This document shows, piece by piece, positions 1-8,710 of a stretch of DNA of 53,912 nt. The notes beneath the pieces were generated by a model that saw only the letters and a list, made by a program, of their open reading frames with translations, was not told the DNA's origin and did no database searches. The stretch lies in assembly GCA_036493295.1 (NCBI GenBank), contig DASXQB010000419.1, forward strand, positions 1 through 53,912, in the 5' to 3' direction. Every line of letters begins with the position of its first letter. Positions within the stretch are counted from its first letter, which is position 1. This DNA is from Polyangia bacterium. GTDB lineage: Bacteria; Myxococcota_A; Polyangia; Fen-1088. The position numbers and the translations under genes are program-made.

Positions 1-306
1 GGTGGCGACGTTGAGGTCGATGCCGTTGAGGTCGAAGTTGAGATCCAGCTTGAGGTCGTTCAGGTTGACGTCGTTCAGATTGATGTCGAAGCCGCTGGTG
101 TCGAAGGACGTGCCGCCCGCGCCGCTGCTTCCGCCGCTGCCGGAACCGGACGCGCCACCGCTGCCGATAGCGGCATCATCGGCACCGCCGTCACCGGCTG
201 GCTTCTTCACGCCGCACGCCCCTGCCAGCAACAACGACAGCGACAACAGTAGGGCCAGCGGCGCACAGGTTCGGCTGCCGTGACTAACGCGCGCTCGTTC
301 GATCAT
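1..306 (-). CDS. Putative lipoprotein, N-terminal part only (gene runs off the left edge of the window)
   Basis: Not in the ORF track because it has no stop inside the window. My translation from ATG 306..304 is MIERARVSHGSRTCAPLALLLSLSLLLAGAC-GVKKPAGDGG...FDINLNDVNLNDLKLDLNFDLNGIDLNVAT. It shows a hydrophobic signal peptide ending in a lipobox-like LAGAC, then a Gly/Ser linker and N/D/L-rich repeats. The + strand ORF 2..283 is Pro/Ser low-complexity and looks like its shadow. Confidence 0.45.
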   Translation of the reverse strand, partial: MIERARVSHGSRTCAPLALLLSLSLLLAGACGVKKPAGDGGADDAAIGSGGASGSGSGGSSGAGGTSFDTSGFDINLNDVNLNDLKLDLNFDLNGIDLNVAT

Positions 307-633
307 TCACCGTCCTCCCGGCCGACAGCGTACACCCGACAAAGCGTTGACCACAGCCCCAGCGAATGGAAACCAAATCTTTTCTGAAACGTAACAGCGA
401 ATGGACAACGAGCAGCGCAAGCTGAACACGAAAAATAGGCTTTAGGCCAAGGCGCGCGGGCCGGCTGGTGCCGATGTGGGGATGGGAGTCGAGGAAGGCG
501 AGGTGCTGCCGGTTCCGCGCCCGGGACCTGAAACCGAAAGCGACCACGGCGGATGACGGCGTCGCGGCGAGCGCCGGGTTGACGGCGCGCTGATCTCAAC
601 GATGATGCTGACCGCTCGACGCGGAGGTGTCTT

Positions 634-1863
634 TTGAAGATCACGCAGGTCGCTTCGTTCCTGATGTCGTTTCCGCTGCCGCAACCGTTGCGCCTCCCGT
701 TCTGGAATGGTGAGCGCACCATCTTGAAACGCGACGCCATGCTGATCCGTATCCGCACCGACGGCGGCGTCACCGGTTTTGCTCCCGGCCCGGCGCACGA
801 GCGCGCCGACCGCGAGATCCGCGAGGTCATCGGGCCGTTCTTGCTGGGCCGCGATCCAGGCGCCTTCGCCTCGTTCGATTTTCGCGGCAACGGCGAGCTG
901 ATGAAGACGTACCGAGCGGTGGAGATCGCGCTTTTGGACCTGGTGGCGCGGCGGGACGGCCTGCCCTTGTCGCAGCTATGCGGCGGGCGCGTGCGCGAGC
1001 GCATCAAGCTTTACGGCAGCGCCGGGATGTACATGCCGCCCGAAGGCTACGCCGCCGAGGCCGCCGCCGTGCAAGCGATGGGCTTCTCCGCGTACAAGAT
1101 GCGGCCGGCCCTCGGTCCCGACGGTGATCTGGAAACCGTCGAGAAGATGCGACAAGCGACCGGGCCTGCATTCGGTCTGATGGTCGACGCGCACTCGTGG
1201 TGGCGCATGGGCGACAAAAGCTATACGCCGGCCATGGTGGCGGAGCTGGCCGCGGCGATGGGTCGCCAGCACATCACCTGGCTGGAAGAGCCGCTGCCGC
1301 CCGAGAACCACGACGACTACCGGCGGCTGCGCGCCCTTGGCCACGTGCCGATCGCCACCGGGGAACACGAGCCTGACGAGGCCGGATTCATGGACCTCAT
1401 CGACACCGCCGCTGCCGACGTCGTGCAGATGGACGTGTGCTGCCAGGGCGGATTCGCCATGGGCGCGCGGGTGGTCGAAGCGGTGCGCCGGCAGCGACGG
1501 CGCTTTGCTTTTCACAGCTGGGGCACGACGCTGGAGGTACTGGCCGCCGCTCACTTTGGCGTGTGCTGGCCCGACGACGTCGTCGAGTGGCTGGAATATC
1601 CCTGCTACGCCAACAGCGGTCGTGCCGGCATGTACCCGTTCCCGCTGGCCGACGAGATCTTGACCCAGCCGATGGACATAACGAACGGCGTCCTCACGGT
1701 GCCGTCGGGACCCGGGCTGGGCATCGATGTCGACGAACGGGTGATCGACCGCTATCCATTTCTTCCCGGACCGTGGTCGTTCTTTCGCATCGATTCGCCG
1801 CCCGAGACCATCGCCGTCACCGGCGATCACAGCGTGAAATGGATCGAGGCGCCCACGCGATGA
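634..1863 (+). CDS. Enolase-superfamily enzyme (mandelate racemase / muconate lactonizing enzyme family, sugar-acid dehydratase-like)
   Basis: 409-aa ORF. It has typical MR/MLE features (KMRP..., MVDAHSWW, WLEEP, ATGEHE, QMDV) and a C-terminal PGLGIDVDE. The TTG start at 634 is preceded by GGAGG (623-627) with a 6-nt spacer. Confidence 0.9.
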   Translation: MKITQVASFLMSFPLPQPLRLPFWNGERTILKRDAMLIRIRTDGGVTGFAPGPAHERADREIREVIGPFLLGRDPGAFASFDFRGNGELMKTYRAVEIALLDLVARRDGLPLSQLCGGRVRERIKLYGSAGMYMPPEGYAAEAAAVQAMGFSAYKMRPALGPDGDLETVEKMRQATGPAFGLMVDAHSWWRMGDKSYTPAMVAELAAAMGRQHITWLEEPLPPENHDDYRRLRALGHVPIATGEHEPDEAGFMDLIDTAAADVVQMDVCCQGGFAMGARVVEAVRRQRRRFAFHSWGTTLEVLAAAHFGVCWPDDVVEWLEYPCYANSGRAGMYPFPLADEILTQPMDITNGVLTVPSGPGLGIDVDERVIDRYPFLPGPWSFFRIDSPPETIAVTGDHSVKWIEAPTR

Positions 1864-3221
1864 CGGCGACTGTGAACAGCCGACGGCTGACACTGGCGTT
1901 GGGCGCCTGGTGCGCAGTCGGTACGGGCTTGGCGCGCGCCGAAACCACGGCGGCCGCGGACGATCGCTACCAGTTCGCCGACGGCACCAGCGAGATCCAG
2001 CACCTGACGCTGGTGGCGACGGCGACCGGCGCGCGGGCGATGTGGCCGGCGCCGGCGACGAAGGACTGGGACACGGCGCTGGTGGGCGTGACGGTCAGCG
2101 CCGCCGCCGCGAAGGGCGAGGCCTGGATCGACGTGACGGCGGGCGCGGCGCGCGTGCGCCAGCACCTGGACGCCGGTGCGCGCGGGCTGCGCTGGGTGAA
2201 CGTCAGTCCGCTGCGCGCGGCGCTGACCGGCGGCGCGCCGATCGAATTTGCCGCTCACGGAACCGCGCTGCGTCCGGCAAGCGTCGACGTGCGCCTGTTC
2301 GCCAGCCACGTGCCGCGCGGCCGGCCTCTGCTGGTCCTGGCGCCCCACCCCGACGACGCCGAGATCGCCGCCTTTGGTTTTTACGCTGGCCAGCCGGCCA
2401 CCATCGTCACCGTCACGGCCGGCAACGCCGGCGACGCCAACTACCACGACGATTTTCCCGTCGACGCCGAACAGTACGCCTTCAAAGGTTACCTGCGCGC
2501 CATCGACAGCGTCACCGTGCCCTGGCAAGGCGGCATCCCGCCGCAGCGTTGTTTCAACCTGGGTTACTTCGACGCCCGCCTGCAGGACATGCACGACAAA
2601 CCGGGTGCGGTGGTGGCCGAGATGTACGGTCCCAATCAGGACGTCGCCCGCTATCGGCGCGTCAACCTGTCCCATCTTTTGCCGAACAGCGCGCGCACGG
2701 CGACCTGGACCCATCTGGTGGAAGATCTGGCGGCCATCCTGCGCAAGGTGCGGCCGGCGGTGATCGTCATGCCGCACCCGATCCTCGACGACCACCCCGA
2801 TCATGATTTCGTCACCGTCGCGGCCGCGCAGGCGCTGGAACGATGGAAGCAGCCGGTGATGATCCTCCTCTACAGCAATCATTCGGCCGGCAACCTGCAA
2901 CCGTACGGCCCGGCCGAGACCGACGTGTCGCTGCCGCCGTGGTCGGCGCGCGCGCTGGGCGTGCAACGCGTTTACTCGCATCCGCTCGACAAAGATCTGC
3001 GGCGCCGCAAGCTGTACGCGCTGGAGAGCATGCACGACCTGCGGCTGTCTCCGTCGGAACAATCCTGTGGCGCCGGCCCGCGACGGCCCGACTATCCACG
3101 CATCGCGGACTTCGACTATTTTCGGCGCGGGCCGCGCCCCGAAGAAATGTTCTTCGTCTACGACCGCGCCGGATTGAAGACCATCGTCACCGACTTTCTC
3201 GCCCACCCACCCGCGCCCTAA
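1860..3221 (+). CDS. Exported PIG-L (LmbE-like) family N-acetylglucosaminyl deacetylase with an N-terminal extension of about 170 aa
   Basis: Taken from the in-frame ATG at 1860 of ORF 1437..3221 (ATGA overlap with the upstream stop). The N-terminus MTATVNSRRLTLALGAWCAVGTGLARA looks like a signal peptide, possibly Tat (SRRLTL). The PIG-L motif LAPHPDDAEIAAFG and a later HPDH are present. The upstream 141 codons of the ORF are Arg/Gly-rich junk overlapping gene 634..1863. Confidence 0.85.
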   Translation: MTATVNSRRLTLALGAWCAVGTGLARAETTAAADDRYQFADGTSEIQHLTLVATATGARAMWPAPATKDWDTALVGVTVSAAAAKGEAWIDVTAGAARVRQHLDAGARGLRWVNVSPLRAALTGGAPIEFAAHGTALRPASVDVRLFASHVPRGRPLLVLAPHPDDAEIAAFGFYAGQPATIVTVTAGNAGDANYHDDFPVDAEQYAFKGYLRAIDSVTVPWQGGIPPQRCFNLGYFDARLQDMHDKPGAVVAEMYGPNQDVARYRRVNLSHLLPNSARTATWTHLVEDLAAILRKVRPAVIVMPHPILDDHPDHDFVTVAAAQALERWKQPVMILLYSNHSAGNLQPYGPAETDVSLPPWSARALGVQRVYSHPLDKDLRRRKLYALESMHDLRLSPSEQSCGAGPRRPDYPRIADFDYFRRGPRPEEMFFVYDRAGLKTIVTDFLAHPPAP

Positions 3222-4249
3222 AGCGGCCGGGCGGTGTGAACGGTGATGGCGGCGGCCAGGCGCTGCTCGTCGGCGGCCGGCAGCTTGCGAAACGTCAGGC
3301 GCAGCAAAAAAGAACCGGCGGCATGCGGCCGGCAGTCGAGCACCACGGCTTCGATTCCCTCGTAGCGCTCGTCGGCGAAGGCGAAGCTGGCGATGCCGAC
3401 GCTGCCCGCCGCCAGCGGCGTCGCGATGTGCCCGGCCAGGCCGCCCAGGCTGACGTCGACCAGCGCACCGTCCACGTCGGCAAAAGCAGGCGCGACGGGC
3501 GCCGTCTTCCTGCCAGCCGGTGTGGGCGGGCGAAACCGCAACGTTCCTGAGACGCTGATGCGCACGAACTCGCGCAGCTGGGCGCGCACCGGTGCCTCGT
3601 CGTGCGACAGCATCAAGACGTGGCCGCGCTGCAATGCCTGCGTGGCCAGCAGTCGGCACTTGAAGACGTACCGCGCGTCGTTGGACCGCACCACCGCCGC
3701 TTCCAGTTCAGCGCCCGCGCCCGCCGGCAAATTGCTGGGCGAATCGACCGCCCAGAAGGCTTCGTTGACGTCGGTGACGGCGGCCGGCGCGCCTTCCAGA
3801 TCGACGGCGGCGCCCGCCGCCAGCTCGCGGGTGGTCAGCAGCGGAAAATGATTGGGGAGATCCGCGAAGCCCAGCAGCTGGCGCAGGCGGCGCAGGCGGG
3901 CGAAAAAGTCGCCGTCGCGCACCACCAGCGTCGGAGGATGCCCTTGCAAGGCAATCGCGCTCGACCGTTCAAAACTCTCTAGCCGCGTCCCCACCTCCAG
4001 CGGACGTTCGCCGGCGATGGTGGCCAGCGCGTCCAGCGTCTCGACGTCGTCCAGGGTCAGGTGGTGCGCAGCGATGAAGCGGTGCAGGTCATCGACGATC
4101 GACTGCAGCCGCCGGCGGCGCCGCCGCACCAACCACAGCAACGCCGCGGCCAGCAGCAGCGCGAAGGCCACCAGCAGCGCCGCCCCCGTGTTGTCGTCGG
4201 GACGGAAGGCGCCCCGCAGCCCTGAAAAGAACGAATCGACGGGTTTCAT
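3218..4249 (-). CDS. Membrane-anchored PilZ-domain protein (c-di-GMP receptor-like)
   Basis: 343 aa with an N-terminal TM helix (AALLVAFALLLAAALLWLV followed by RRRRRR). The C-terminal PilZ signature is present: RxxxR (LREFVR) and DxSxxG (DVSLGG). Its stop overlaps the convergent PIG-L stop (CTAA, 3218-3221). Confidence 0.8.
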   Translation of the reverse strand: MKPVDSFFSGLRGAFRPDDNTGAALLVAFALLLAAALLWLVRRRRRRLQSIVDDLHRFIAAHHLTLDDVETLDALATIAGERPLEVGTRLESFERSSAIALQGHPPTLVVRDGDFFARLRRLRQLLGFADLPNHFPLLTTRELAAGAAVDLEGAPAAVTDVNEAFWAVDSPSNLPAGAGAELEAAVVRSNDARYVFKCRLLATQALQRGHVLMLSHDEAPVRAQLREFVRISVSGTLRFRPPTPAGRKTAPVAPAFADVDGALVDVSLGGLAGHIATPLAAGSVGIASFAFADERYEGIEAVVLDCRPHAAGSFLLRLTFRKLPAADEQRLAAAITVHTARPL

Positions 4250-4351
4250 GCTGGTGGGCGCGCCAAAACGCGCCGCCGTCTATCCTGCGCGCGCGGCGAG
4301 AGCAGCGCAAAAACCGGCGATCGCGCGCCCGGCCGTCGCTGCCGTCCGCTG

Positions 4352-5134
4352 TTATCGTAGCAGAGGAATCGGCGTCGACCGGCGGTGCCGCGGTGGCACC
4401 TGCAGCACCACCACCGTGGCGTCCTCGCCGGCCAGCGCATCCGAGCCCAGCAAGCTGTCGCAGATGTGCGCGATGTTGTGCGGAGCCGCGGCCAGGCGGC
4501 GCAAGAGCGCGCGCTCGCCCAGCAGATCGCTGGCGCTGGCCAGACGATCGGTGATGCCGTCGGTGGCCAGGACCAAGGCGTCCTCCGGGAACAGATCCAG
4601 CGACGTCTCTTGGTACGATTGGCCAGGCAAGATTCCTAGCGCCAGGCCCGCGCCGGTGGCCAGGCTCTCCACGCCGCCGTCGGCCCGTTTGACGAATGGC
4701 CCAAGATGTCCAGCGCTGGCCACCTCGGCGCGGCCGGCGCGCAGGTCGATGCGCGCGCAAACCGCGGTGACAAAACGATCTGCTGTCTTGTTGGCGACCA
4801 GCCATTCGTTGACCGCGGACAGCACGGCGCCTGGCGCGACCGCTCGGGCCAGCTGCTGGCGCAAGGCCCAACGAATGTCCGAGACGTGCGCGGCGGCACC
4901 CGGCCCGTTGCCACAAACGTCGGCCATCACCGTGGTCACGCGATCGTCGCGGTGCTGGAAGACCTCGAAGAAATCGCCGCCCCGGCCCAGCAGGGCGCGC
5001 TGCTTGCTGGCCACGCGCAAGCGCGACCAAGTTGGCAAGTGCAAAAGGCCAGACTGACGAGCTTGGGACGATGATTGTTGCGCTTCCGCGGCGGCGGGCG
5101 GCTTATCATCGTCAAAAGATTTTGTGACTGACAT
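4352..5134 (-). CDS. SpoIIE/PP2C-family serine phosphatase (RsbU-like)
   Basis: 260 aa with GGDFFEV, MADVCGNG and ATDGITD motifs typical of PPM/SpoIIE phosphatase domains. Confidence 0.85.
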   Translation of the reverse strand: MSVTKSFDDDKPPAAAEAQQSSSQARQSGLLHLPTWSRLRVASKQRALLGRGGDFFEVFQHRDDRVTTVMADVCGNGPGAAAHVSDIRWALRQQLARAVAPGAVLSAVNEWLVANKTADRFVTAVCARIDLRAGRAEVASAGHLGPFVKRADGGVESLATGAGLALGILPGQSYQETSLDLFPEDALVLATDGITDRLASASDLLGERALLRRLAAAPHNIAHICDSLLGSDALAGEDATVVVLQVPPRHRRSTPIPLLR

Positions 5135-5485
5135 TACTTATTTTATAAAGCACAAACTGCGCCAGCCCCAATTCGCCGCCGAATCCGCGTGACGCGCGGG
5201 GTTCCATTCGACAACGAGTGAGGTGCCTGTTGTTTCGGCGTCTACTTGTTGCGGCTTGGGCAACAAAGAGGCGCTCGCTCTCGCCCGCCGGCCCGAACCG
5301 CGCCGGCCAAATCTTCATCCGACCAGCGTTCGTTCGAGACCCGGCCGACAAACCGGTTCGCTGGCGTAGCCGAGGCGAGAACCGCACCGGAGCGTACTCA
5401 TGTACGTGAGGAGCGGAAGCGCAGCCTCGGCATAGCCAGCGGACCGGCTTGTCGGCCGCCGTTCGCTCGAGCCACGCCGCCCGTC

Positions 5486-6175
5486 TTACCGACGCCTGCG
5501 GTGTTCTTGGTCGTGGTCGTGTTCACCGTGCCATTCACCCGGGTGCCAGTAGGCGCGGCCGCCTTCGTGGTCCCAGTGGCCGGGGTGCCAGGCCGAGCCG
5601 GGGCGTTCATGCTCCCAGCGACCTTCCGCCCAAACGTAACGACCGTCGCGCCATTCGTGCGCGCCAGGAATCCAGATAAAACCGGGACGAGGCGCCGGCA
5701 CCACCACGGTCACCGGCGCGGGCGGCGGCGCCGGTGGCGCGGTCTCGACGTAAGCGGGCGGCGCGCCGCCGGGCGCGGCGTCGGGCAGCCATTCGCCTTC
5801 GACCCAAGAATAGTGACCGTCGCGCAGCTCCCAGCGGCCAGCGTGAAAGTGGTGACCGTGGCGCTCGCGCACCCAGTAGCCGGCAACCCAGACGTAACCG
5901 TGGCGGCGCCATTCATGATGGCCAGGCACCCAGACAAATCCAGGGCGCGTCTGCACCGTCTCGGCCACCGGCGCGGGCGGGGCCTGCGCCGGATAGCCGC
6001 GCCAATCGCCGGCGGGGGCCGACGGCTGCGCGGGTGGCGCGGCGGGTGGAGCGCCTCTCCAATCGGCCTGCGCCAGCTGAATGCCCGGCGAAGCGGCAGA
6101 CGTGATGGCGACGGGCGGCGACGGCGCCGCCGCCAAAGAAACCACAGACCAAAGCGCAATGGGGGAGATCAGCAT
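5486..6175 (-). CDS. Secreted WXXGXW (YXWGXW) repeat protein with a His-rich C-terminus
   Basis: Taken from ATG 6175 (MLISPIALWSVVSLAAA signal peptide) inside ORF 5486..6217. It has two long repeats, RPGF[VI]W[VI]PG.HEWR.G.YVW..G.W, and the motifs WVAGYW, WVEGEW and WAEGRW. Confidence 0.75.
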   Translation of the reverse strand: MLISPIALWSVVSLAAAPSPPVAITSAASPGIQLAQADWRGAPPAAPPAQPSAPAGDWRGYPAQAPPAPVAETVQTRPGFVWVPGHHEWRRHGYVWVAGYWVRERHGHHFHAGRWELRDGHYSWVEGEWLPDAAPGGAPPAYVETAPPAPPPAPVTVVVPAPRPGFIWIPGAHEWRDGRYVWAEGRWEHERPGSAWHPGHWDHEGGRAYWHPGEWHGEHDHDQEHRRRR

Positions 6176-6248
6176 GGCGTAGTTTTTCCCGTCCCTTCGA
6201 GCGCCGCAAGGGCTCACACCCGTTCGACGCCCGCGGGACGGCGGTCAT

Positions 6249-6812
6249 TCACGAACCGGTCTTGCTCCACGGCGGCACGATCTTGTTCGTGCGCGCGTAG
6301 GCGATCGATTGGCCCAGGTGTTCGTTCTCGTGACCGATGAGGCCGATCAGGGCGGCGCGTTCGGTCATCTCGAATTTGCCGAACAGTTTAATCTTCTTGT
6401 CCAGGTCAGCGTCGGGCAGCGCCTTGACCGTCGCGCGCACGTGTTCGAACGACCTTTCCAGCACCTTCTTGATCTCGGCTTTGTCGGTGGTCTTCTTGTC
6501 CCACTTGTCGACGTCCTTGGCGAAACCGACTTCGGCGGGCGGCTCGGCGCCGAGGAATTTCAAGAAGGCGTAGTTGCCGAAGGCCACGTGCAAGTAAACC
6601 TCGGAGACTGAACGGACGCCCTTGTCCGGCCGCCAGGTCATCGTCTTGTCGGGCATCGCCTCTTCCAGCGACACCAGCTTCTTCTCGACGTCCGCTAGCT
6701 GACCCAGAAAGTCTTCCTGAAACGAACCAGCGGCGGCGCGCGCGTGAATCCCGACGGCGAACGCCGCCGTCGCCAAGATGAGCGCCGTGAGACGAGATAG
6801 ATTCCTTTTCAT
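6249..6812 (-). CDS. Secreted DinB-family protein
   Basis: 187 aa with the signal peptide MKRNLSRLTALILATAAFAVG. It shows a DinB-like His pattern (YLHVAFGNY ... GHENEHLGQ). Confidence 0.75.
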   Translation of the reverse strand: MKRNLSRLTALILATAAFAVGIHARAAAGSFQEDFLGQLADVEKKLVSLEEAMPDKTMTWRPDKGVRSVSEVYLHVAFGNYAFLKFLGAEPPAEVGFAKDVDKWDKKTTDKAEIKKVLERSFEHVRATVKALPDADLDKKIKLFGKFEMTERAALIGLIGHENEHLGQSIAYARTNKIVPPWSKTGS

Positions 6813-6845
6813 GCCAGGCTCCGATCGTGTTTTGGGAGGGTGGTT

Positions 6846-8528
6846 TCACGCCGCCGACGCGCGACGACCAGCGATCGCACCGTCGAGGATCAACGAAAGC
6901 AGCATGACGGCTGCGCAACCGATGACGTTGTACCAGAGGAACCCGACGCTCGTAAACGCGAACACCGCGATCACCAGCGCCTCGGATAACAACGCGGCGA
7001 TGAACACCGGCGTGGCGCGGACGCGCTTGATAAAGAACGCCACCAAGAACAGCCCCAAGATCGTCCCGTAGAACAGCGAGCCCAGGATGTTCACGGCCTG
7101 GATCAAGTTGTCCAGCATCGACGCGAACACCGCGAAGCCCACGGCCAGGCCGCCCCACAGCGCCGTGGCCACGCGCGCCGCCTTGACGTAATGCCCGTCG
7201 GGCAAACCGGGACGGATGCTGCGCCGATAAAAATCCACCACCGTGCACGAGCCCAGCGCCGACAGCTCGCTGGCCGTCGATGACAGCGCAGCGCAGATGA
7301 TCACCGCCAGCAGGAGGCCAATCAGCCCGCGCGGGAAGGTCTGCATGACAAAGCTGATGAAGATGTAGTCGCCGTCCTTGGTCGCCGCGCGCGGCACGGC
7401 GGCGGCGATGATGGTCTTGGCCTGGCCGCGCAGGGCGGCGATGGCGCTTTCCCCGGCGCGCGCGCGCGCGTCGGCGGCGGCGATGGCGGTTGGATCGCCG
7501 GCGGTCAGGGCGGCGGTCAAGGCGTGGATGTCGGCGGTCTTGCGCGCCCAGGCGGTGTCGTACGCGCTCTGCACATCGTGCAGCTGGGCGGCGGCGGGGG
7601 TGGCGGCGGCGCGGTTCCATTCCGCCTGGTTGAAGAACAGCGGCGGCTGGTTGAACTGGTGAAACACGAACACCATCACGCCGACGAACAGAATCAGGCA
7701 CTGCATCGGGACCTTGAAAAGGCCGTTGAACAGCAGCCCCAGGCGGCTCTCCGTGATGGAACGCGCCGACAGATAACGCTGCACCTGCGACTGATCGGTC
7801 CCGAAGTAAGCCAGCGCGAGAAAAAACCCGCCGCCCAAACCTGACCACAGCGTGTACCGATTGTGGGGATCGGTCGACGGATCGATGAGGTTCATCTTTC
7901 CCAACGCCCCCGCGATGTGCACCGCGTGTCCGAACCCCAGGTCAGACGGCAGCCGCGCCACCACCATGCCGCCCATCATCACGACCATCTGGTGCTTCTG
8001 GGTCTGGCTGACCGCGCGCGTGCCGCCCGCCACCGTGTATGCCACCACCAGGCCGCCCATCGCCAGGCAGGTCAGGTTCAGCGACCAGCCCAGCATCGTC
8101 GACAAGATGATGGACGGCGCATACAGCGTGATGCCCGCGGACAGCCCGCGCTGGATCAAAAACAGAAACGCCGCCAATCGGCGCGTCTTCAGATCAAAGC
8201 GGCCTTCGAGATACTCGTACGCGGTGAACACGCGCATGCCGTAAAAGCGCGGCACGAAGGCGATCGACAGCACCACCATGGCGAGGGGCAGACCGAAATA
8301 GAACTGCACAAAGCGCATGCCGTCCTGGTACGCCTGGCCCGGCGTCGACAGAAAGGTGATGGCGCTGGCCTGGGTGGCCATCACCGACAGGCCAATGGTG
8401 TGCCAGCGTTGTTGATAGCCGCCGTGCAAGAAACCGGCGGCGTCGCGGGTGCCGCGGGTCTTCCAAACGCCGTAGCCGATGATCCCGCCCAGCGTCCCGA
8501 ACAGCACCAACCAGTCGAGCGCGCTCAT
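6846..8528 (-). CDS. Sodium:solute symporter (SSS/SSF family)
   Basis: Taken from ATG 8528 (MSALDWLVLFGTLGG...) of ORF 6846..8573. It is a polytopic membrane protein with typical SSS N-terminal segments (ATQASAITFLSTPGQAY). The ATG overlaps the stop of the upstream small gene (ATGA). Confidence 0.9.
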   Translation of the reverse strand: MSALDWLVLFGTLGGIIGYGVWKTRGTRDAAGFLHGGYQQRWHTIGLSVMATQASAITFLSTPGQAYQDGMRFVQFYFGLPLAMVVLSIAFVPRFYGMRVFTAYEYLEGRFDLKTRRLAAFLFLIQRGLSAGITLYAPSIILSTMLGWSLNLTCLAMGGLVVAYTVAGGTRAVSQTQKHQMVVMMGGMVVARLPSDLGFGHAVHIAGALGKMNLIDPSTDPHNRYTLWSGLGGGFFLALAYFGTDQSQVQRYLSARSITESRLGLLFNGLFKVPMQCLILFVGVMVFVFHQFNQPPLFFNQAEWNRAAATPAAAQLHDVQSAYDTAWARKTADIHALTAALTAGDPTAIAAADARARAGESAIAALRGQAKTIIAAAVPRAATKDGDYIFISFVMQTFPRGLIGLLLAVIICAALSSTASELSALGSCTVVDFYRRSIRPGLPDGHYVKAARVATALWGGLAVGFAVFASMLDNLIQAVNILGSLFYGTILGLFLVAFFIKRVRATPVFIAALLSEALVIAVFAFTSVGFLWYNVIGCAAVMLLSLILDGAIAGRRASAA

Positions 8529-8710
8529 TGAAAGACTGACGTGATGATCCAGAAGGCGACGATCTCGACGCAAAGAGCGCCGACGACGATCAGATAGATG
8601 CGGTTCCAGCCGAGAAACGGCGGCGCGTCGCGCAGCTCGTGACGAGCGTCGCCAGCTTCGACGCCAGCGACGCTGGCGGATTCGGCGCCGGCAGGCGGAT
8701 CAGCGCCCAT
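8525..8710 (-). CDS. 61-aa single-TM membrane peptide, possible symporter accessory subunit
   Basis: ATG at 8710, seven nt after the stop of the PIG-L/ThuA gene. Sequence: MGADPPAGAES...PFLGWNRIYLIVVGALCVEIVAFWIITSVFQ. It is translationally coupled (ATGA) to the symporter. The longer ORF 8525..8971 overlaps the upstream gene. Confidence 0.55.
   Translation of the reverse strand: MGADPPAGAESASVAGVEAGDARHELRDAPPFLGWNRIYLIVVGALCVEIVAFWIITSVFQ

Noticed and set aside
1827-3659. 610-aa minus-strand ORF antisense to the PIG-L and PilZ genes. Similar long ORFs include 303..1007(-), 976..1893(-), 3852..5057(+), 5246..6340(+), 6406..7848(-), 8709..10040(+), 12962..14344(-), 17052..18677(-), 26283..28001(-), 28951..30084(+), 31244..33247(+), 34137..35993(-), 36224..37294(-), 39353..40831(+), 48340..49650(+) and 49882..50895(+).
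   Set aside because: All are Arg/Ala/Gly/Pro-rich low-complexity translations with no recognisable motifs. They lie opposite to or out of frame with genes that have clear family signatures. They are the typical stop-codon-poor shadow ORFs of very GC-rich DNA.
5245-5267. Small hairpin TTGTTGC-GGCTTGG-GCAACAA in the 5135-5485 gap as a terminator.
   Set aside because: The stem is only 7 bp and AT-containing, with no U-tract on either strand. The larger nested structure at 5369-5431 is the better candidate.
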